Below, in pieces: positions 57,907 through 64,000 of a DNA stretch of 64,000 nucleotides (positions are counted from its first letter, which is position 1; each line of letters opens with the position of its first letter). A model generated the notes under the pieces. That model made no database searches, was not told the origin of the DNA, and was given only the letters and a program-made list of their open reading frames with translations. The DNA is from Eubacteriales bacterium (GTDB taxonomy: Bacteria; Bacillota; Clostridia; Oscillospirales; CAG-272): positions 82,881-146,880 of the forward strand of contig JAZPYO010000034.1 in NCBI GenBank assembly GCA_045544195.1. The letters run 5' to 3'. The translations under genes were made by a program, and so were the position numbers.

Positions 57907-60135
57907 ATGGCAAAGAAAAAGAAAATACAGATCCCTGAGGATAATGCACCCTTGGCTGAAATATCCGATCAGCCCATTACAGCGACGATAGAAAAAAACT
58001 ATATGCCGTATGTAATGAGCGTCATCATTTCCAGAGCGATACCCGAGATCGATGGATTCAAGCCTGCACACCGCAAGCTCCTTTATATGATGTATAAGAT
58101 GAATCTTCTGAACGGACCGAGAACGAAAAGTACGAATGTTGTCGGCGCTACGATGACACTCAATCCGCACGGTGATGCTTCGATATACGAGACTATGGTG
58201 AGAATGACGACCGGTAACGGCGCTTTACTGCACCCGTTTATCGACTCCAAGGGAACGTTTGGTATGCACTCGACAAATATGGAGGTCGCCGCATCCCGTT
58301 ATACCGAAGTAAAGCTCGCAAAGATCTGCAACGAGATCTTCGGCGGCATAAACAAAGACTCCGTTGATATGATAGACAACTATGATGCAACACAAAAGGA
58401 GCCTGTTTTACTTCCTGTTTCATTTCCCAATATACTTGTTTCTTCAAACCTCGGTATTGCTGTGGGAATGGCATCTAATATATGCTCGTTCAACCTCGGT
58501 GAAATATGCGACGGTACGATAGAAATACTGAAAAACAGCCATGTTTCGGTTGACAGAATACTTGATATAATCAAAGCTCCCGATTTTCCGGGCGGCGGTC
58601 TTATCCTTTACAACAGAGATAAGATGCGTGAATTATACACAACCGGTAAAGGTGCTGTGCGTATACGCTCAACTTATGAGTATGACAAGGAAAACAACTG
58701 CATTAACATTCTGCAGATCCCCTATTCGACAACGATAGAATTATGTATCAAGAAGATATCTGATCTTGTGAAGGAAGGAAAGATCAAGGAGCTGACTGAT
58801 TTCCGTGACGAAATTGGTATAGACGGCTTCAGATTTACATTAGATCTGAGAAAAGGCACAGATCCCGATAAATTGATGCTAAAGCTGTTTAAGCTGACAC
58901 CTCTTGAGGACAGTATGGGCTGTAATTTCAATGTTCTTGTAAACGGAACTCCTAAGGTTATGGGCGTAATTGAAATACTCAGTGAGTGGATAGCCTTCAG
59001 GATGAACTGCTTAAGACGTGAGCTTTCGCACGAGCTTGAAGCAAAGCGCGAAAAATTACATTTGCTGCTTGGACTTGGTAAAATACTGCTTGATATCGAC
59101 AAGGCGATAGCAATAGTAAGAGGCACTGAAAAGGATGCGGATGTTGTTCCGAATCTTGCAAAGGCATTCGATCTGACAATGCCGCAGGCGGAATATGTGG
59201 CGGAGATCAAGCTCCGTTATCTTAACCGTGAGTATATTCTCAACCGAGTTTCAGATATTGATACTCTGCAAAAGGAAATAGCGGATCTTGAGGAAACGAT
59301 CGCATCCGACAAAAAGGTCAAGGAGCTTATTATAAAGCAGCTTAGGGAAATAAAGAGCAAATACGGTATTCCGAGAAGATCGCTTATTCTCGCGCAAGAG
59401 GATGCTCAGGTATATAACGAGGTTCAAAGCGTTGAGAATTTCAACATCAAGGCGATATTTACCAAAGAGGGATATTTTAAAAAATGCACTTTGACGTCTC
59501 TGCGCGCCGCAGACGAGCAAATGCTCAAGGACGGTGACAGTATACGCACCGTTGAGGACGGCGAAAACCGCAACAACGTTGTATTTTTCTCAGACAGAGC
59601 GCAGGCGTATAAAGCAAAGCTTTCCGACTTTGACAGCACAAAAGCATCTGCTCTCGGTGATTACATTCCGTCAAAGCTGTCATTCGATCAGGGCGAAAAA
59701 GCTATATTCATGAAGCTCATCCCCGAGAATTTCGTTCCTAAAAACCTTGTGTTTATCTTTGAAAACGGCAAGGGCGTAAAAATTCCAATGGAAAAATACG
59801 AAACGAAAAGCAATCGAAGAAAGCTGACAGGTGCATATAGCTCCGCATCGCCGATCGTTGCGATATTTTACGAGGACGAGCCGTTTAATCTCGTCATGAT
59901 ATCTGATACAAACCGTGCTATTAATATCTCAACGAAGCTCATCCCCGAAAAAACGACGAGAACTGCAGGCGGTGTTACACTGTTCAATCTGAAAAAGGGT
60001 CAGAAGATAGTTTCTGCATACAAGGACAGCGAATGTCCCTTTGATGCAAGTAAGTACAGAAAGATCAAGATACCCGCAACACCGACCCTGCTTGAAGCAT
60101 TCGATATTGATGCAAGGCAGATAAGCATCGAATAA
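57907..60135 (+). CDS. Type IIA DNA topoisomerase cleavage-religation (A) subunit, divergent ParC/GyrA-like
   Basis: YVMSVIISRAIPEIDGFKPAHRKLLY, NPHGDASIYETMVRM and the catalytic Tyr context AASRYTEVKL. At 742 aa it is shorter than GyrA, with a reduced C-terminal beta-pinwheel. Confidence 0.8.
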   Translation: MAKKKKIQIPEDNAPLAEISDQPITATIEKNYMPYVMSVIISRAIPEIDGFKPAHRKLLYMMYKMNLLNGPRTKSTNVVGATMTLNPHGDASIYETMVRMTTGNGALLHPFIDSKGTFGMHSTNMEVAASRYTEVKLAKICNEIFGGINKDSVDMIDNYDATQKEPVLLPVSFPNILVSSNLGIAVGMASNICSFNLGEICDGTIEILKNSHVSVDRILDIIKAPDFPGGGLILYNRDKMRELYTTGKGAVRIRSTYEYDKENNCINILQIPYSTTIELCIKKISDLVKEGKIKELTDFRDEIGIDGFRFTLDLRKGTDPDKLMLKLFKLTPLEDSMGCNFNVLVNGTPKVMGVIEILSEWIAFRMNCLRRELSHELEAKREKLHLLLGLGKILLDIDKAIAIVRGTEKDADVVPNLAKAFDLTMPQAEYVAEIKLRYLNREYILNRVSDIDTLQKEIADLEETIASDKKVKELIIKQLREIKSKYGIPRRSLILAQEDAQVYNEVQSVENFNIKAIFTKEGYFKKCTLTSLRAADEQMLKDGDSIRTVEDGENRNNVVFFSDRAQAYKAKLSDFDSTKASALGDYIPSKLSFDQGEKAIFMKLIPENFVPKNLVFIFENGKGVKIPMEKYETKSNRRKLTGAYSSASPIVAIFYEDEPFNLVMISDTNRAINISTKLIPEKTTRTAGGVTLFNLKKGQKIVSAYKDSECPFDASKYRKIKIPATPTLLEAFDIDARQISIE

Positions 60136-60148
60136 GGAGGATAAACAA

Positions 60149-60688
60149 ATGAAGAAAAGAATTATTTCAATTCTCGGATTTTTTGTAAGAAACATATCAA
60201 CAGTTGTGCTTTTATGCATTATTTTTACTGCATTTGCCTCGGCAGAGGGTAACAGCTATACAACATCAGAGGATCCATTGATCTCTCTTTCATATCTCGA
60301 TTCAGAGCTTATAAGAATTAAGGAAGAGCTGAAAACAGAGATGAAAGCCGAAATTGAAGAAACGGTTCGCGAGGAAATTGCCAAAAATTCAACAGGCGGA
60401 GGCGTTTCAACTGAGGTCGTATTCACAACAGAATCTTTAAAGGCAGGTCAAAAGGTGATCGCCCTGGGAAATTGTGAGTTTATTTTACTTACAGGCTCTT
60501 TGAAGGCAGTTTGCCCCACCGCTGTACAAAATCTTACCGACAAAACAACGGAATCTTCAATTTTAAATGACGGAAGCATAATCAAAAATCACTATATAAT
60601 AATACCGAAAGCTGACGGCAGAGGCTTCTGCTGTACCTCAAGCGGTACTGAGGTTATGATAAAAGGCGAATACAAGGTGATCGGATAA
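60149..60688 (+). CDS. Hypothetical membrane-anchored or secreted protein, co-oriented with the topoisomerase pair
   Basis: AAGGAGG lies 8 nt upstream, 14 nt after the subunit A stop. It has an N-terminal hydrophobic segment, a charged helical stretch, then a beta-rich C-terminus. I recognise no family. Confidence 0.45.
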   Translation: MKKRIISILGFFVRNISTVVLLCIIFTAFASAEGNSYTTSEDPLISLSYLDSELIRIKEELKTEMKAEIEETVREEIAKNSTGGGVSTEVVFTTESLKAGQKVIALGNCEFILLTGSLKAVCPTAVQNLTDKTTESSILNDGSIIKNHYIIIPKADGRGFCCTSSGTEVMIKGEYKVIG

Positions 60689-60861
60689 GGAAGCCCTGCG
60701 TGAATACTCATTTTAATTATAAGTTAAGGCGCATATTCACGCAATGAAATTCAAGTTTAAATGTACACACAGTATTATTGCTTGTGTACAAGCTCATTTG
60801 AATTTTACAGAGTATTTGTGATGCCGCAATATGCGGCAGATTGGAGTTTTAGAAAATTTAT

Positions 60862-62949
60862 ATGAAAAAGATCCTTTTACGCACCTTATGTATAGTTTTT
60901 GCAGCAATGTTTATTCTGACGTTTGTTTTGGCTGCTGTGATCAGCTCAAACGCAGAAGAAAATGCTTCACAGCGAGCAGAAATCGATGAGCTTGATACGG
61001 CAAATGCCTATTTCAAGGATGCGGAGCTGTTTTTACGCGTCGGCATTACATACTCCGACTTATGTGCAGAGGGGTACAGAATAAGACCGTCGCACGCGCA
61101 GCTTGGCTTTGATCTTTACAAAACCGAGTTTAAGGGCGCATTCGATTTTATTTATACTCTGAATGATTATGATGTGTTTTTCGCAAAGGGCGGAAACCTT
61201 TATAAGCATACAGTTTCATCATCAAGCTCTGAATACAGAACCGCCTCATCTGTAAGCGATGCGACGGTCGGCGGATTTCACATTCTTTTGCCGATGTACT
61301 ATCAGGATTTCAGATCAATGGACGAAGATATCGCTATTTTGAGTGAGCTGTACGCTGAAAATGTTTTTATCCCTTCCTATATTCATGGAGAATACAGAAT
61401 ACTGTTCGGCTCGTATTTTACTGAAGAAGAAGCCGCAGAAGCACTTGACGGCGATATATTCAAGGCTCCCGTGATTGATGAAACCACCGCCACGGAAACG
61501 GAAACAAGTACAGGATCTGAAAGTGCTTTGGAAACCGAATTCGATACCGATACAGCAACTGATACTACCGAAGAGGCAGGAACCTTCACAGATACATCAT
61601 CCGATACAATATCGCAAGAGCAAACGGAAACTGATACGCAAATTCCTATCGAAGATATACCGGGTGTTGAATTTGATCTGTCAGACTCAAGTCTTTTGAT
61701 TCCGGGTGATACAGAGATCGTTCTATTGGATTATTTAACGGGTGATTTTCTGTTTTACTTTGATACTGACGGCGAATACGGCTTCGGATGCTATCCGAAC
61801 AAAATTGACGGCGAGTACAACTATCTTAAAACAGCAGATGGATACTACCGCCCGGGTGTATTCGAATTCAAGCGTTATAACGGCGATGGCGTTGACGGTA
61901 TATCAATGGTAACGGTATCTGAAATCGAAGAATATGTCGAAAGTGTCGTTCCGTGGGAAATATATACCACATGGCCGCTTGAAACAATAAAGGCGTTTGC
62001 CATTACCGTTCGCACATTTGCAGTTTCGAATATCGTTGATTCCAAGCACGCCAAATACGGAATTGACGTATGCTCAACATCAAACTGTCAGGTATCAAAA
62101 GGACATTCGCGTGTTGATGATATCGTTCGCAGAGCAGTCGCAGAAACAAAGGGGATGATACTTACCTGCGACGGTAAAACTGCAGGAATTTCTTATTCTG
62201 CGGTAACAGGCGGAAGCATTGCAGCATCGCATCAGGTATGGAATCAGCCTGCACAAAAATATCTTATCGGTCAGTTTACACCGTGGGAAAGATATGAAAC
62301 CCATAAATACGGTAATTGGCAGTTTGAAGCAACTCCTGAAAAGCTGTGCCGAACATTACGCAACGACGGATTTACGCAGTTCAAGGACGCGATCGCCGAC
62401 GTTGAGATATTGGAACTGTGCGAAAACTCCTCTTATGTATATAAGATCCGTGTTACAGATATTCACGGTACCTCTGCTGTGATCGTTCGTTCGAGAAACG
62501 TATATCACGCTCTTGAGGATTATTTATACGCTGCCAATTTCGTAATAATGCGTGACGGTGTTATTGATGACGGCACAGGAGATAAAACGGGTATATACGT
62601 AATGACTGAAAACGGCTTGCAAATGATACCCAAAAATGAACAGATCAATGTAATAACATCCACGGGAATAAAAACCTCTTCCCTACCCAATATTCTGTCT
62701 GTACAGACATCTTCAGGTCCGATAGAGCTGGATGTATTAAACGAGGCAAAGAAATTCGTTGAAAACGCGGTCAATCCTTCAAACTCCGAAAGCAATTTTA
62801 TATTCATAGGTAAAGGAAACGGACACGGTGCCGGAATGTCACAGCTCGGAATACGTGACCTTGCTGATCTTGGGTATAAGTGCGATGAAATACTTTATAA
62901 ATATTTTCCTTATACCGAGGTTACACATTACCGTGAATATCTTGATTAA
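60862..62949 (+). CDS. SpoIID/LytB-domain protein with a long N-terminal extension (signal anchor, SPOR-like segment, T/E/D-rich linker)
   Basis: SpoIID blocks EEYVESVVPWEIYTTWPLETIKAFAITVRTFA, CSTSNCQV, GISYSAVTGGS and GHGAGMSQLG. The upstream YRILFGSYFTEEEAAEAL segment is SPOR-like. Confidence 0.8.
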   Translation: MKKILLRTLCIVFAAMFILTFVLAAVISSNAEENASQRAEIDELDTANAYFKDAELFLRVGITYSDLCAEGYRIRPSHAQLGFDLYKTEFKGAFDFIYTLNDYDVFFAKGGNLYKHTVSSSSSEYRTASSVSDATVGGFHILLPMYYQDFRSMDEDIAILSELYAENVFIPSYIHGEYRILFGSYFTEEEAAEALDGDIFKAPVIDETTATETETSTGSESALETEFDTDTATDTTEEAGTFTDTSSDTISQEQTETDTQIPIEDIPGVEFDLSDSSLLIPGDTEIVLLDYLTGDFLFYFDTDGEYGFGCYPNKIDGEYNYLKTADGYYRPGVFEFKRYNGDGVDGISMVTVSEIEEYVESVVPWEIYTTWPLETIKAFAITVRTFAVSNIVDSKHAKYGIDVCSTSNCQVSKGHSRVDDIVRRAVAETKGMILTCDGKTAGISYSAVTGGSIAASHQVWNQPAQKYLIGQFTPWERYETHKYGNWQFEATPEKLCRTLRNDGFTQFKDAIADVEILELCENSSYVYKIRVTDIHGTSAVIVRSRNVYHALEDYLYAANFVIMRDGVIDDGTGDKTGIYVMTENGLQMIPKNEQINVITSTGIKTSSLPNILSVQTSSGPIELDVLNEAKKFVENAVNPSNSESNFIFIGKGNGHGAGMSQLGIRDLADLGYKCDEILYKYFPYTEVTHYREYLD

Positions 62950-62966
62950 ACCGATACAATAAAAGA

Positions 62967-63003
62967 TACCCGTGTACGTTACGTACACGGGTATGTCTTT
63001 TTT
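62967..63003. terminator. Bidirectional terminator between convergent genes
   Basis: ATACCCGTGTACG-TTAC-GTACACGGGTAT stem, with an A-rich left flank and a T run on the right. Confidence 0.75.
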
Positions 63004-63245
63004 TATTCGATAACTTCGTATAGCTCAGATGCATCAGACTTCAATACATGCTCTTTTACGTCCTTGACCTTGATCTTTAAGACCTTGTCGCCAAACGTTA
63101 TTTCGATAATATCTCCCTCTTTAACATCATAAGATGCCTTCGCCTGACGTCCATTTACAGAAACATGTTCAGTGTCGCAGGCATTGTTTGCTACTGTACG
63201 ACGTTTAATAATGCGGGAAACCTTTAAAAACTTATCAAGGCGCAT
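63003..63245 (-). CDS. S4-domain RNA-binding protein (YabO/Hsp15-like)
   Basis: 80 aa with MRLDKFLKVSRIIKRRTVA, the S4 motif. Confidence 0.75.
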   Translation of the reverse strand: MRLDKFLKVSRIIKRRTVANNACDTEHVSVNGRQAKASYDVKEGDIIEITFGDKVLKIKVKDVKEHVLKSDASELYEVIE

Positions 63246-63247
63246 TA

Positions 63248-63523
63248 TTATTTGTTAACGGAATCCTTGAGCTTTTTGCCTGCAGAGAAAACGATTCTCT
63301 TGGAAGCGGGGATCTTAATCTGCTCCTTTGTTCTGGGGTTAATACCGGTTCTTGCCTTTATGGTCTTAACCTCAAAGGAACCGAAACCAAAGAGCTGAAC
63401 CTTGTCATCATTTGCAAGAGCAGCAGAAACCGAGTCGATAACAGCGTTAACAGCTGCTTCTGCCTGAGCCTTAGTTAAATCATTTTTTTTAGCAACCTCT
63501 GCTATAAGATCTGTCTTGTTCAT
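63248..63523 (-). CDS. hup: Nucleoid-associated DNA-binding protein HU
   Basis: 91 aa with MNKTDLIAEVAKK..., GFGSFEV and RTGINPRTKEQIKIPASK, the HU arm. Confidence 0.92.
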   Translation of the reverse strand: MNKTDLIAEVAKKNDLTKAQAEAAVNAVIDSVSAALANDDKVQLFGFGSFEVKTIKARTGINPRTKEQIKIPASKRIVFSAGKKLKDSVNK

Positions 63524-63558
63524 TGGTAAAATCTCCTAAAAATTATTTTTGTGTGCTA

Positions 63559-63587
63559 ATTATAGCACCTTTATTGTTAATATGCAA
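63559..63587 (-). promoter_or_regulatory. Probable SigA promoter of hup
   Basis: On the minus strand: TTGCAT (63587-63582), a 17-nt spacer, then TATAAT (63564-63559). Confidence 0.55.
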
Positions 63588-63673
63588 TAGGAAATTATCA
63601 AAAAATACATTTTTTTATGATTTTTTTGAAATTTTTAACTATAACATACTAATAAATCAATTAAAATTGGGGC

Positions 63674-64000
63674 TTAACCTACACAAGTCTGTGCAATAGC
63701 TGCGATATCTTCAGCAGAAACTACACCGTCACGGTCAAGGTCGGCAGCCTTGCTGTAGCAAACAACGGAGCTGTCAGCCATGAATTTCTTTGCACGGATA
63801 ATATCCTTAGTGGAAGCTATGCCGTTACCGTCAAGGTCGCAGTCAACTATAATAACCGCTGTGTCGTAGAATGCGCCCTCGTAGCTGAGCTTGATTATGC
63901 ATCCGCTTGCGATCTTGCCTTCAAGAGCATCACCCTTAGCATCTGTAATAGCGTATTCGCCGTCAAACAGTGCTGTGAGCTGCTCTGCAGTCATTCCAAG
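63674..64000 (-). CDS. C-terminal fragment of a dockerin-containing protein (N-terminus lies beyond the window)
   Basis: Two Ca-binding dockerin-type repeats, DCDLDGNGIASTKDIIRAKKF and AADLDRDGVVSAEDIAAIAQ. The frame stays open to base 64000. Confidence 0.7.
   Translation of the reverse strand, partial: LGMTAEQLTALFDGEYAITDAKGDALEGKIASGCIIKLSYEGAFYDTAVIIVDCDLDGNGIASTKDIIRAKKFMADSSVVCYSKAADLDRDGVVSAEDIAAIAQTCVG

Noticed and set aside
61470-61640. A T/E/D-rich low-complexity stretch in the SpoIID-domain protein as a possible tandem repeat or contingency locus
   Set aside because: The DNA is not a perfect tandem repeat. It reads as an ordinary acidic Thr-rich linker between the N-terminal region and the SpoIID domain.
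1-64000. CRISPR arrays, rRNA operons, IS elements, prophage or toxin-antitoxin modules
   Set aside because: No spaced direct-repeat array, rRNA-like sequence, transposase or integrase motif, phage structural gene or small adjacent TA-like gene pair could be identified on either strand.

Overview
This 64-kb window looks like it comes from a Gram-positive, spore-forming anaerobe of the Clostridia, probably Ruminococcus/Oscillospiraceae-like. The evidence is a PolC plus DnaE pair, whiA/ylmC/spoIID/cotH-type genes, pyruvate:ferredoxin oxidoreductase, and a dockerin module at the right edge. Most of it is densely packed core housekeeping. It holds tyrS, the conserved Firmicute block rpsB-tsf-pyrH-frr-uppS-cdsA-dxr-rseP-ispG-polC (minus strand), dnaE-whiA-murB, PFOR, ktrAB-like K+ uptake, addAB, dinB, a divergent type IIA topoisomerase pair, hup and one tRNA-Arg(CCG). 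I saw no rRNA, CRISPR array, transposase or integrase. The one accessory-looking unit is a plus-strand operon at about 3.8-11.7 kb. It runs from a perfect consensus sigma-A promoter through a stand-alone PqqD-like peptide chaperone (RRE), a 2031-aa secreted fibro-slime/PA14-like giant protein, a 74-aa Cys/aromatic-rich small ORF with a strong SD, and a translationally coupled radical SAM/SPASM enzyme, to an intrinsic terminator. I read it as an uncharacterised RiPP-like (radical-SAM-modified peptide) system with an unusual architecture: a giant exoprotein gene sits between the RRE and the precursor/maturase, and there is no protease or exporter. A terminator-like hairpin sits just after the peptide gene, inside the maturase 5' end. 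All functional calls come from motif recognition by eye on the supplied translations; no database search was run. Small features mapped by hand may be off by 1-2 nt. CDS coordinates follow the supplied ORF track (stop codon included), with starts moved to better-supported initiation codons where stated.
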